A DNA stretch of 64,000 bases from Minisyncoccota bacterium (GCA_041651055.1 JBAZJW010000004.1:2018-66017); one strand, 5' to 3'; positions 1 to 8,791 are shown, counted from the first letter of the stretch. Numbers and translations: made by a program. Notes: a model not told the origin generated them from the letters alone.

Positions 1-2
1 GT

Positions 3-2654
3 GAATATAAAACACGCATCACCTGCTAGTGCACCCTCAGTACCAGTGGCGTTGTATTGTACCATACCTGCGGTGTCACCTGCTGCGGTAGCTGTCATGG
101 TGCTCCACGAGAGTCCACCATCACCGTCTGTGATGAGAGCTTGATTAGCGGTACCGTCAGTAGTGGGAAGGGTTAGGGTATAATTGGCAGAGATTGCTGG
201 CACCGCAATGGCGACGTAGTTTGTACTACCATCGTAGAGTCTAAATACTGTAGTAGTGTCTGTGTCACCTAAGTAGATACCAGCCTCAAAGGTTTTGAGT
301 CCACTAACTGTTTGTGCATCCTCTAGACGCATAGGAGTTTTCTGTGTACCAGCTTGAGAGAAGTAGAGTACGTCTGCTATGAAGTAGATTTGGTCCGCTG
401 TGGGAGTGAGTGCGGTGTTGCTAGTGAGTGTGATGCCACGTTGACCGTCTGTGCCTGTGCCACCTACGAATGATGCTGCGTAGATGTTTGCTGCGGTTTC
501 GATGTCACCACCTACGTAGAATTCTGTAACCCCGGTTGCGTATGTAGGGCTGGGTGACGCGCTGTCAATCGTTACTGCTCTACCAGAACCTGCGATGAGA
601 GACTGAACCGTGAGGGTGTCTGTATTGGCGTTGCCTATGGTTACGTTACCATTGAATGTGTTAGCTAATGTGAACGTATTAGCCAAGTTACGCGCTGCAA
701 GTTCTTGTGCCGCATCCTCAAGGGTGATTGCTCTTGCTGTGCTAAGTCCGGTTACTGTTATGTATCCTACGCCATCTGAGTCGTAGAATCTGTTAACGTG
801 GCTAGACGCGTCTACATCAGCAGCTGCGACTTTTTGGTAGCTTGAACCGTCTGTGATGGTGTCCATCGTGAGTGCCGCGGTCCATTGGTAGCCTGTTGCA
901 CCTGAGTTTACAATCAAGTATTGTCCCGCTGTGCCTACGGCGATTTCACTAAAGGCTGTAGTAGTGCTCAAATATGGTATCGCATATTGAGTCCATGAAC
1001 TTTTGTTCGTACCACCGTCTGCCACGGCAACATCTGTACCAGAAGCATAGTATGCTGCGTTACCAGCGACTTGTAATGCACCAGTAGAAACATTTACGTA
1101 GTTGTTGCCAAACGTCACAACTGGATCAGTGCCTGTTGATACGTCAAACGTCCATGCGATTGTAGCGTCTCCACCAGCGGCCCAGGTTCGTGCACCAGTT
1201 AACTCAGTAGGATCAAACGCGATGCTACTAGACGTGAGGTCAATAGCTAAACCCTCGGATACGATAGAGGGCGTAGACGTAGAAGCTGCAACACTTGAGT
1301 AGACTAAACCACTCGTCAGCAAGCCTAAGTTTACCTCAGCACTCAACGTAGCGTCTGCTGTGCTGACCCAGTATTTAGCGTCTGTTGGTGCACCACTTGG
1401 TGAAATAGAAACCCAACCGCCGTCATAGATTTTGAGGATGTTGTTTGTGTAGTCCCACGCTATCCAAGCGGTGTCGGTAGCAGGTACAACATCAGCCCAG
1501 CGTGGGATGGCTAAGCCGTAGTCTTGACCGGTTGTGATGGTTACACCTGAGATGTCGACAGAGTCGGTAGCTGCGAATGTAAGTGTAGCTGCGAGGTCGG
1601 TAGCGGTGATGGTGTCGTTAGTGATCATGGCTGAGGTTACAGTACCCCATGAAGGATCGGTACCGTCAGTTATCAACACTGTATTCGCTGCACCAATAGC
1701 AAGCTCCGTCCAAGCTGGAGAGGAACTTCCAATGATTAGGTCACCTCTTGTTACCGTGAGCGCAGCAATAGCTGTAAGGTCGGCATCTAGGGTTTGTGCG
1801 CCTATAGCTGTTAACGCAGCTGCGGGAGTTTTGAATTCAAGCGCGGAGTTGTCGTTGGTTGATGTAAGGAAATAATTAGTTCCACCAGATGTTAACACCG
1901 CAGCTGCAGCCGCGCCGGTGAGTTGGATTACTGAAGCATCCGCAAAGGTTAACCCTGCAACGGCAGCTAGTTCGGCGTCGTAGGCTTGGACGTTGGTGCC
2001 TATTGCTAAACCTAGGTTCGTACGTGCAGTTGCGTAGTCAGCAGAACCAAGCAACGAGACCATATTAGCTGAGGAGCTAATTACACTGGCCGTACCAGAA
2101 CCTGTGAAGTATGGTATTGCGTTTGCCGCGCTGGTTACACCTGAGATAGCTTGAAGGTCTGCGTCGAGGGTGAGGATTGTACCACTAATGGTCAGGCCCG
2201 TGCTTAGGGTGAACCACGTAACTCCACTCGCACTATCATCCCAACCCATCATGCGGTCTGCGTTAGGATCAGCCATGTAGCTGTTAGTACCACCAGCATC
2301 TAGGTCTATGTAGCCGTTGGTGTCACCGTCCCACACTGCGATGATCATATCACCACCACCTGCTGGCGTACCCAAAGTCCATGACGTGGATGAGTGGGTG
2401 TATTGCATGTACTTACCATCATCAGCCGCGTCGGGTTCTTCTACGGTTAGACCATGAATCGTGGTTGCGTCTCCTGCACCACTAGACGATTCAAAGTATA
2501 AGCCGTCACTACTGACTTTGATGTCCGATCCAGCCATGAGGTTTTGACCATTGGCTAGGTCACGTGGTCGTACTGACCAACCAAATGCTAATGAGGGTAT
2601 CAGTAGTAATGATACAATCAATGTAAACCAGAAACCACCTTTAGTTGTAACCAT
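3..2654 (-). CDS. Tail-fibre-like protein with N-terminal Sec-type signal peptide (3' end truncated by window edge, >884 aa)
   Basis: Not in ORF track (no stop in window). Translated by hand from ATG 2654 (SD AGAGGT): MVTTKGGFWFTLIVSLLLIPSLAFG-WSVRP...; T/A/G/S-rich; three fibre-type repeats (TLDADLQAISG, QAYDAELAAVAG, QTLDADLTAIAA), ARTNLGL and YTLTLPTTDGTANQAL motifs. Confidence 0.8.
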   Translation of the reverse strand, partial: MVTTKGGFWFTLIVSLLLIPSLAFGWSVRPRDLANGQNLMAGSDIKVSSDGLYFESSSGAGDATTIHGLTVEEPDAADDGKYMQYTHSSTSWTLGTPAGGGDMIIAVWDGDTNGYIDLDAGGTNSYMADPNADRMMGWDDSASGVTWFTLSTGLTISGTILTLDADLQAISGVTSAANAIPYFTGSGTASVISSSANMVSLLGSADYATARTNLGLAIGTNVQAYDAELAAVAGLTFADASVIQLTGAAAAAVLTSGGTNYFLTSTNDNSALEFKTPAAALTAIGAQTLDADLTAIAALTVTRGDLIIGSSSPAWTELAIGAANTVLITDGTDPSWGTVTSAMITNDTITATDLAATLTFAATDSVDISGVTITTGQDYGLAIPRWADVVPATDTAWIAWDYTNNILKIYDGGWVSISPSGAPTDAKYWVSTADATLSAEVNLGLLTSGLVYSSVAASTSTPSIVSEGLAIDLTSSSIAFDPTELTGARTWAAGGDATIAWTFDVSTGTDPVVTFGNNYVNVSTGALQVAGNAAYYASGTDVAVADGGTNKSSWTQYAIPYLSTTTAFSEIAVGTAGQYLIVNSGATGYQWTAALTMDTITDGSSYQKVAAADVDASSHVNRFYDSDGVGYITVTGLSTARAITLEDAAQELAARNLANTFTLANTFNGNVTIGNANTDTLTVQSLIAGSGRAVTIDSASPSPTYATGVTEFYVGGDIETAANIYAASFVGGTGTDGQRGITLTSNTALTPTADQIYFIADVLYFSQAGTQKTPMRLEDAQTVSGLKTFEAGIYLGDTDTTTVFRLYDGSTNYVAIAVPAISANYTLTLPTTDGTANQALITDGDGGLSWSTMTATAAGDTAGMVQYNATGTEGALAGDACFIF

Positions 2655-2665
2655 GCTAATACCTC

Positions 2666-3037
2666 TTATTGAATGGCGAAGTGTGCAGTCAGCGTGGCGT
2701 TGGTGGCACCAGCTGTTTCCCACGCAGCGATTTTCATAAACCGGGCCATGGTGGGAGTGAACGTAATAACATCACGACCATCTGCGGCATTACCTGAGAT
2801 GTTGGTAAGGCCGGTTGCTATTGAGTTGCCTTCGGTGGATTGGACAAAGTTTATGGCGTCGTTCGAGAGTAAGTATCCCAACGACACACTTACTCCAGCG
2901 GTGCTGATGTAGTATTGAAGCGAGAACGTACCACTTTTGCCAAACGTGCCTATGTCTATGATGTCAGAGTAGGACGTTGTGCCAGTGGTTATTGTTGATG
3001 AGTTCCATAGTCGGTTGATTACGATGTCACGTGACAT
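2666..3037 (-). CDS. Small beta-rich putative virion protein
   Basis: 123 aa ORF with SD GGAG, T/S/G-rich beta-strand pattern, between terS-like and fibre genes. Confidence 0.55.
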   Translation of the reverse strand: MSRDIVINRLWNSSTITTGTTSYSDIIDIGTFGKSGTFSLQYYISTAGVSVSLGYLLSNDAINFVQSTEGNSIATGLTNISGNAADGRDVITFTPTMARFMKIAAWETAGATNATLTAHFAIQ

Positions 3038-3047
3038 AGGTGTCTCC

Positions 3048-3683
3048 TTAGTGCGTCTTGGTTGCTTGTAACATAGCTTTTAAGGTGGGGGATAACTCGT
3101 GCTTATCCCCGCCGTTGCCACCGATGGTGGGAATGGGCGTGTCACTGGGAATATGTTTAGTAAACAACACCGGGTCCGGGGTGACGTTGATTACGTCGGG
3201 TTCGTCGTTAGTGGGTGCTAAGTCTGCCATTAGTTCTTTGTAAGCTGCTTCTGGGTCGTAGCCTAGGTCTGCATCGTCGTTGGTATCAGTCTCACCAGAT
3301 GAGCGTTTGGTGACTCGTAGTAATTGTTCAAACACTATAGCATTGCCTGTACCAGAAGTAGGTGTGGCTGAGTGTTGGGCTATACGGTTGAGGATGTTTT
3401 CACCCGTCTTAGTGCGTACGTCTGCACTCACGGCTTTGTCTTCGACAATGTCCACGAGAGCCTTTGCTACCTTCTCGGCCGCGTCTTCCATTATTTTAAC
3501 GGCTTTCCCATAACGATCTTCTATTATCTTACGTTGACGCTCGATTTCTTGCTTAAAGAGTGGGTTAGCTTTTATGACTGACAGTCTCGACGCACTGATT
3601 TGAAAGTTTTGTAGGATTTCTGAGTTTTTCTTGCCCTCTGCGAACTCCTTGGCGAGTTGGATATGAAAGGGTGAAAGTCTCAT
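3048..3683 (-). CDS. Putative terminase small subunit / HTH DNA-binding protein
   Basis: N-terminal HTH-like segment (ISASRLSVIKANPLFKQEIE), helical middle, acidic/Pro tail; first large gene after leftward promoter; SD AAAGGAG. Confidence 0.5.
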   Translation of the reverse strand: MRLSPFHIQLAKEFAEGKKNSEILQNFQISASRLSVIKANPLFKQEIERQRKIIEDRYGKAVKIMEDAAEKVAKALVDIVEDKAVSADVRTKTGENILNRIAQHSATPTSGTGNAIVFEQLLRVTKRSSGETDTNDDADLGYDPEAAYKELMADLAPTNDEPDVINVTPDPVLFTKHIPSDTPIPTIGGNGGDKHELSPTLKAMLQATKTH

Positions 3684-3798
3684 GTTAAGTAACTCCTTTT
3701 AATTGGTTGCTAGGTTTCTAGGGCCGGGCCTGGCGATTATTAACTCTGTCCTCCTAGACGACTTAACTAAACTCCTCCAGGCCCAGCTTGATGACTAA

Positions 3799-3858
3799 CT
3801 ACTTACTAGCTTTACTGGGTTTCTGCTTCTTACTCTTTTTCTTAGTTTTCTTTCCCAT
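3799..3858 (-). CDS. 19-aa lysine-rich micropeptide MGKKTKKKSKKQKPSKASK
   Basis: Hand translation; SD AGGAG upstream; first ORF with an SD downstream of the promoter at 3906-3934. Confidence 0.45.
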   Translation of the reverse strand: MGKKTKKKSKKQKPSKASK

Positions 3859-3905
3859 TTCCCGGCTCCTGTGTGTGGGTTGTTATACTCTCCCATGATT
3901 GAGAC

Positions 3906-3934
3906 ATTATAGCAGCTTTCTATAACCCTGTCAA
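3906..3934 (-). promoter_or_regulatory. Leftward sigma70 promoter for the structural arm
   Basis: TTGACA-17 bp-TATAAT with extended -10 TG on the minus strand. Confidence 0.85.
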
Positions 3935-4219
3935 GACCTTTTTATAAGCGGGTCGAGATTGTGTACTTATTTGTACTCACCTACTTCTAGTCCCTCCTGA
4001 CTCTCGTCATCACTGTCATTGTAGTTACTGTCAACTACCCAAAAATTTTTGTGGAAAAAAATTTTCATGTGGAGTCCTTGTCCCCGATTTGGCCGACGTT
4101 TGGCGAAAATCGGTTCATCGGGTCGAGCGATGAGAGAGAAAACGTCAAGTGACATAGAAATAGGCTAGATTGACTAGATTTGGAGCGTCTTCTAGGATAA
4201 AGATTCCTGCATTTTTTTG

Positions 4220-4248
4220 TTGACATTCTAGATTCCATCTGATATACT
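4220..4248 (+). promoter_or_regulatory. Rightward sigma70 promoter
   Basis: TTGACA-17 bp-TATACT. Confidence 0.8.
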
Positions 4249-4420
4249 GGCCTCAAGAAATAAGGGATTTGTTCTTTGATAGGCAAAAGATCGACCTCAA
4301 AGGGAATGTCAGGCGCGGTTCCCGGCTCCAAGCCACGGATAAAGGGAGTCGATTGACTGAAATCTGATAGAATCAGTCATCACCCGACCCCTATTCTATC
4401 CCAAATGAGAGGAGCATACT

Positions 4421-4912
4421 ATGGCTAAAAAGTCTGATCGCAAACCTATCCGCACTTATCAAGATGCCACTAGCGCGACCATGAACGTCTATCTGGTCGA
4501 AGCTACGACCAAGGACAAAGCCACTGGCAAGAGAATGGTGGTATGGTCTGGTGAATACGCTGAACCTGCCACGCTGAATGATGGTATCAAGGTCGATGGC
4601 CGGGATGAAGTGACTAAGGTCTGGAAGTCAGAGAGATTCACCAACTTCTTGGACACTCAGAGAAACGCCACCAAGGAATCCCGGTCTGCTATGATTAAAC
4701 AACTGCTTGCAGCTATGGTCGCTGGTGATGCTATCAAGGTGGTCGAACTCTCGACTAAACTCGGCATTGACCTCAAGAAGGGTCTGACCAAGATTCTCGC
4801 TGACTTGCAGGTCGAGCCTACCACTGAACCTGAACCCGAACCAGAGGACGACACAGACGATGATCCTATGGACGAAATTGCACAGGCGTTGCTTGATGAC
4901 GCTGGTAAGTAG
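4421..4912 (+). CDS. Hypothetical early protein with acidic tail; resembles 15804..16076
   Basis: SD GAGAGGAG, own promoter and terminator; motif GEYAEPATLNDGIKVDGRDEV. Confidence 0.7.
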   Translation: MAKKSDRKPIRTYQDATSATMNVYLVEATTKDKATGKRMVVWSGEYAEPATLNDGIKVDGRDEVTKVWKSERFTNFLDTQRNATKESRSAMIKQLLAAMVAGDAIKVVELSTKLGIDLKKGLTKILADLQVEPTTEPEPEPEDDTDDDPMDEIAQALLDDAGK

Positions 4913-4917
4913 CGCCT

Positions 4918-4952
4918 AAAACCCTACCCATCGCAAGGTGGGTAGGGTTTTT
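4918..4952 (+). terminator. Intrinsic terminator
   Basis: AAAACCCTACCCATC-GCAA-GGTGGGTAGGGTTTT hairpin plus T-run directly after the stop. Confidence 0.85.
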
Positions 4953-5067
4953 TAGTGCTATTATTCCATAGTCCTATCATATTATTATACCTATCCAGTT
5001 CATTTATTGAACCTATTATGTTACCATATCCATCGCACGATTAATGTTCATATTCACCCTATTTATT

Positions 5068-5380
5068 GGCTAAGCTATTGATTTTATTAGCTATTTAATG
5101 CCTACCAAATGTTTCCAATTTTCTATTATCTCATAAGTGATTGATTTTATTGCATATTTAATGGTTTGCTGAATGGTTTGATATACCAGTAGGGGTAGGG
5201 GGGTAGACTGGTAGTCTTTATACATATATATTTTTTTTTTTTTACTACACCCTCTACCTCTTGGTATATCAATAACCGAGAAATATCCTAAAAGGCTAAT
5301 AATATCAATAGCTTAGAGGAAATCGCTACATTAGAACATTTTATGAGTACCTAAAAGCCTAATAATATCAATAGCTTAGC
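5068..5380. repeat. AT-rich imperfect palindrome with four IHF-like sites and a 30-bp direct repeat (candidate ori or packaging site)
   Basis: WATCAANNNNTTR matches at 5071-5083 and 5134-5146 (-), 5303-5315 and 5366-5378 (+); direct repeat 5287-5316/5350-5379 (1 mismatch); inverted TTGATATACCA/TGGTATATCAA around a central T-run. Confidence 0.65.
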
Positions 5381-5388
5381 GAATTTGC

Positions 5389-5417
5389 TTGACATCCCTC
5401 AAATAATATGCTATCAT
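5389..5417 (+). promoter_or_regulatory. sigma70 promoter
   Basis: TTGACA-17 bp-TATCAT with extended -10 TG. Confidence 0.8.
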
Positions 5418-5453
5418 GTAGGCATCTCAAACGAATGAATAGGAGGTGTGGTT

Positions 5454-6323
5454 ATGAACAAGACTGATAAAGAACTAGAGGATGAGTTTAATAAAGCTAT
5501 GTTAGAGGACGTTGATCCAGTGTGTATGAAACAGAACGAGGGAGTAGTGTTAACGCAGGTAGAATATAGTGAGTCAGTGGACACTACTACACACGCTACT
5601 ACAGACACCCTGCCCGGTCAGGGGTATGGTAGACATAAGAACCAACAGGTGCAATTAAGCAGAGCACGTCAAAGACAAAAGAAGCAAGACACCTTACCAA
5701 TGATAGGTGGAGAGTATGGTATGTATGCGTGTGATAATGCCGTTGCTAGAGTGTTGTGGATGGCTAAGGGACAAGATAGTATTAAGCCTAGGTGGGCAGT
5801 GAAGGCGTTGGTGACACTTAGGGATAATGGGGTGTGTCAGGTATGTGGTGATGAGTGTGATACACATGGAGAGGTGGTTAGAAAGACACCATCGGTAGCA
5901 GGTGGGGAGTTCAATGAGTTTAATTGCATATTGGTGTGTCCAAATTGTTATGCAGTGTGGCCTAAGAAGAGTTTTGATAAGACTAGATCACCAATGTTGA
6001 ATATATATACACAATATATGTATGTGTTGAAACGTAGAGGATTTGGTAGAAAGGGTGCGGTGCCACTGTCTGCTAAGGGTATGGAGAAGTATAGGGAGGT
6101 GTGTCATAGGTTAGAAGATAGCCAGATACGGCTAGAGGTAGAGTTAGAGAACATGCAACGTACGGTTGGTAAGGAGATTGTTAAGAGACGTATGACAGAG
6201 GAGGAGTACATGGAGATGATTAGTATGAAAAAGAAACCAATTAAAGACATAGAAGTTTCAAATCTTGAACCGGATATGTCAGTAGATGAGGATGGTACGG
6301 TATGGAGGACAGTTAAGGAATGA
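5454..6323 (+). CDS. Protein with degenerate HNH-type zinc finger
   Basis: RDNGVCQVCG...GGEFNEFNCILVCPNC; SD AGGAGGTG; catalytic His not evident. Confidence 0.6.
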   Translation: MNKTDKELEDEFNKAMLEDVDPVCMKQNEGVVLTQVEYSESVDTTTHATTDTLPGQGYGRHKNQQVQLSRARQRQKKQDTLPMIGGEYGMYACDNAVARVLWMAKGQDSIKPRWAVKALVTLRDNGVCQVCGDECDTHGEVVRKTPSVAGGEFNEFNCILVCPNCYAVWPKKSFDKTRSPMLNIYTQYMYVLKRRGFGRKGAVPLSAKGMEKYREVCHRLEDSQIRLEVELENMQRTVGKEIVKRRMTEEEYMEMISMKKKPIKDIEVSNLEPDMSVDEDGTVWRTVKE

Positions 6324-6571
6324 CTGAATAGCACCTTTCCCGTCCCGGATCGTCGAGATTAGTCCACCGAGCGAGCGTAGCGAGGGAGGGCCGTGTGGGT
6401 AGCAACGAGACTAGACTCACACATGTAGTCCAAACGTAGGAGTAAGCCTAGTTGGTGAGAGCTAAATAGCTGAAATGATTAGAGAATTTGAGAAAGCTAT
6501 AATATAGCTATATTGTAGCCATGCCATAAGCTATTGGAATCATTAAGCAATCAAGATATTTTCGATTTTTC

Positions 6572-6600
6572 TTGACAATCTCGCTCCAATATGCTATAAT
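6572..6600 (+). promoter_or_regulatory. Consensus sigma70 early promoter
   Basis: TTGACA-17 bp-TATAAT with extended -10 TG. Confidence 0.9.
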
Positions 6601-6669
6601 TGTCCAGATAATTGAAGTAGGCAATAAGTGAGGATTAGACTAGGATTAACCCATAAAAGAGAGGAGACC

Positions 6670-6903
6670 ATGAAAATCACGGTTCCAGCCCACAAATGCT
6701 ACAAATATGAAGAGGTTTGGGAAGTTGTAGAATTCAAGGACGGTTGCATATATAAGACCGAGCCTCTAGGGTTTGTAGTAGCCATAGATGATCCAGATTA
6801 TGACAGAATAGACAGAAGTAGATATACATTGGCCACGATAAATGCCAAACCCGGCAAAGAGTATGTGTTAGAACTGTACAAAGCACAGAAGATCGCAAAC
6901 TAA
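6670..6903 (+). CDS. Hypothetical early protein
   Basis: ATG after AAGAGAGGAG SD. Confidence 0.65.
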   Translation: MKITVPAHKCYKYEEVWEVVEFKDGCIYKTEPLGFVVAIDDPDYDRIDRSRYTLATINAKPGKEYVLELYKAQKIAN

Positions 6904-6920
6904 AAGAGAGGAGACTCCAA

Positions 6921-7040
6921 ATGACCCCAAAAGCCGCACGGAAGTTACTCAGAAAGTACAACTACCACATTATGAACCACAAGGTTGGTAACGCCACAGC
7001 TCCAGACTGGATGTTGAGGTTGTGGAAAAAGTGTACATAA
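6921..7040 (+). CDS. Hypothetical 39-aa basic protein
   Basis: Hand-called; AAGAGAGGAG SD; MTPKAARKLLRKY... Confidence 0.5.
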   Translation: MTPKAARKLLRKYNYHIMNHKVGNATAPDWMLRLWKKCT

Positions 7041-7064
7041 GCAGCACTCAAGGGGTAGGCTAAC

Positions 7065-7262
7065 GTGAAACCCTCCAGCCAAACTATAGGACACTCACTT
7101 GAAGCGTATCTCAGGTCACGTGAGGTGGTGTATGGTAAATCTAACTATCATAACAATCTAGCCAAGTATCCTAACCGGATTAAGTTGCAAACCCATCGTA
7201 GGGTCAGTGGGATCGACGATGGGTTTGTGACGTTTAGGAAGTATAAAAAGAGAGGAGACTAA
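7065..7262 (+). CDS. Hypothetical basic protein
   Basis: ORF track, fills gap in operon, GTG start. Confidence 0.45.
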   Translation: MKPSSQTIGHSLEAYLRSREVVYGKSNYHNNLAKYPNRIKLQTHRRVSGIDDGFVTFRKYKKRGD

Positions 7263-7263
7263 C

Positions 7264-7443
7264 ATGACTACAAACAAGGTAGTAGTTGAACTTACACTAA
7301 AGCAGTTGGATGATTTACTGTCCAATAGAGTCTCACAAATGAAACCTGTTATTGAGTATATCAGGGATAACGTGCAAGACGTTGAAGACTACATTCCAGA
7401 CCTCGCAGACCTGGACATGGGTGAGCTTGAGGACGAAGGCTAA
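7264..7443 (+). CDS. Hypothetical 59-aa acidic protein
   Basis: Hand-called; AAGAGAGGAG SD; MTTNKVVVELTL...DMGELEDEG. Confidence 0.6.
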   Translation: MTTNKVVVELTLKQLDDLLSNRVSQMKPVIEYIRDNVQDVEDYIPDLADLDMGELEDEG

Positions 7444-7445
7444 TC

Positions 7446-7715
7446 ATGTACATACCCACCCCACTAGATGAATACGTTGTCACCCCAATGCCAGACGGGA
7501 CGTATAGCGTGTGGAATGAACCCAAGGACACACGTTATGCCGTCTGGCAGGCTGGCAACGGTAGGTACAGATGTACATGTGATCATTGGACTTATCGTTG
7601 CAAACTTTGGGGCGCGGATTGCAAACATATCACACTCGTCAAGGCGAGTAACAAAAGAGAGGAGACTAACTATGAAAAAGCCCACCAAAACAGACAAAGG
7701 TATCAAAGCCTTTAA
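7446..7715 (+). CDS. SWIM zinc-finger protein
   Basis: YAV...YRCTCDHWTYRCKLWGADCKHI fits CxC-xn-CxH. Confidence 0.75.
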   Translation: MYIPTPLDEYVVTPMPDGTYSVWNEPKDTRYAVWQAGNGRYRCTCDHWTYRCKLWGADCKHITLVKASNKREETNYEKAHQNRQRYQSL

Positions 7716-8097
7716 AGTTGTTGGCCCTCAGGGGTATGGCACGAATGTTACGGGTGCTATTTTTGGTGTTCGTGGTATCACTCCAACCATTCGAGAGTTT
7801 CTCGACAAGTATCCAAACTATTTCCCAAAATACAAACGTGGTGCTATTATTAACCAAGCGCCGAAGAGTGCTGGAGTGTTTTGTTTCAGCACCATTGTGG
7901 ATGCTCGTAAGTTTATACACAATAACTTCCAACTTCGTGAGCAGGACGTCAAAATACTCCAGGTAACTGGTTGGGGACGTAGGAAGATCACTGAAATAAT
8001 ACCTGGTTGTATGGAACTTAGTACGCTGTTTCGAAAGTGTGACCCATTTGACTTAACGCGGGCACCCCCAAGGAACCATCGGCTTCAGACGCATTAA
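7672..8097 (+). CDS. Hypothetical protein (possible frameshift near C-terminus)
   Basis: ATG 7672 after AAGAGAGGAG SD. Confidence 0.6.
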   Translation: MKKPTKTDKGIKAFKVVGPQGYGTNVTGAIFGVRGITPTIREFLDKYPNYFPKYKRGAIINQAPKSAGVFCFSTIVDARKFIHNNFQLREQDVKILQVTGWGRRKITEIIPGCMELSTLFRKCDPFDLTRAPPRNHRLQTH

Positions 8098-8130
8098 AGT
8101 GGGCAACAAAATAAGAGAGGACAAAAAGTC

Positions 8131-8412
8131 ATGACAACCATTCTAGGCCAACATATTTCACTCATACGGCCCTCACCACCACACAGGGCCATCGTCTACA
8201 AAAACGAGCGACCCCGGCCTAAGTCTCCAGTTAGGAGCAAACGCGCCATGTGTGGTAAGGTTCGTTTGATATGTGTGGAAGTTCTAGGTGGGATTATCTA
8301 CTCCATCACTAAAGGCACACACTTAAACGTCATACAAACCTTCAACATAGACCCAAGTAGGGTGATACGAACAGGTTGGCAACTCGATAACAACCAGTTC
8401 ATATGGCGGTGA
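8131..8412 (+). CDS. Hypothetical protein
   Basis: ORF track, SD AGAGG. Confidence 0.6.
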   Translation: MTTILGQHISLIRPSPPHRAIVYKNERPRPKSPVRSKRAMCGKVRLICVEVLGGIIYSITKGTHLNVIQTFNIDPSRVIRTGWQLDNNQFIWR

Positions 8413-8413
8413 G

Positions 8414-8791
8414 GTGAGTATGGGACTGCTAAACGACGACAATAAGGTAACTACAGGCGTGAAGGTAGCTATTAGGTCAAAGACCGAAGACCCTAGGTAC
8501 TTTCAAGCTAATGACTTATTGAAGCAGATTGATAAGTTGAGGGCTGAGCGTAGCAACTTACTGAAACAAGCGGATCAGTATAGAGAGAGGTTGGATACGT
8601 TAGAAGCACAGTTTCATAGGATTGTGCTTGAGTTAGAACCTACCGAGATATGCACCACTAACAAACCCAAATCCCCACAAGACAAAAAAGCTGAGTCAGT
8701 TAAGGCTATTCAACAGGCGTTGGCAAGTAAGTTAGCTGACTCACCGGGGTTTGAGGAACAGTTAATGAAAATCTTGGAGACGATGAAATGA
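8414..8791 (+). CDS. Coiled-coil hypothetical protein
   Basis: Heptad-like LLKQIDKLRAERSNLLKQADQY; ATGA overlap with next gene. Confidence 0.6.
   Translation: MSMGLLNDDNKVTTGVKVAIRSKTEDPRYFQANDLLKQIDKLRAERSNLLKQADQYRERLDTLEAQFHRIVLELEPTEICTTNKPKSPQDKKAESVKAIQQALASKLADSPGFEEQLMKILETMK

Noticed and set aside
1102-2912. Plus-strand ORFs in the track (1102, 1534, 2551, 2673)
   Set aside because: Antisense shadows of the long minus-strand fibre ORF and its neighbour; no SD or motifs
3967-4331. Two minus-strand ORFs in the divergent region
   Set aside because: Overlap promoter and A/T-tract sequence, lack SD, sit upstream of the leftward promoter
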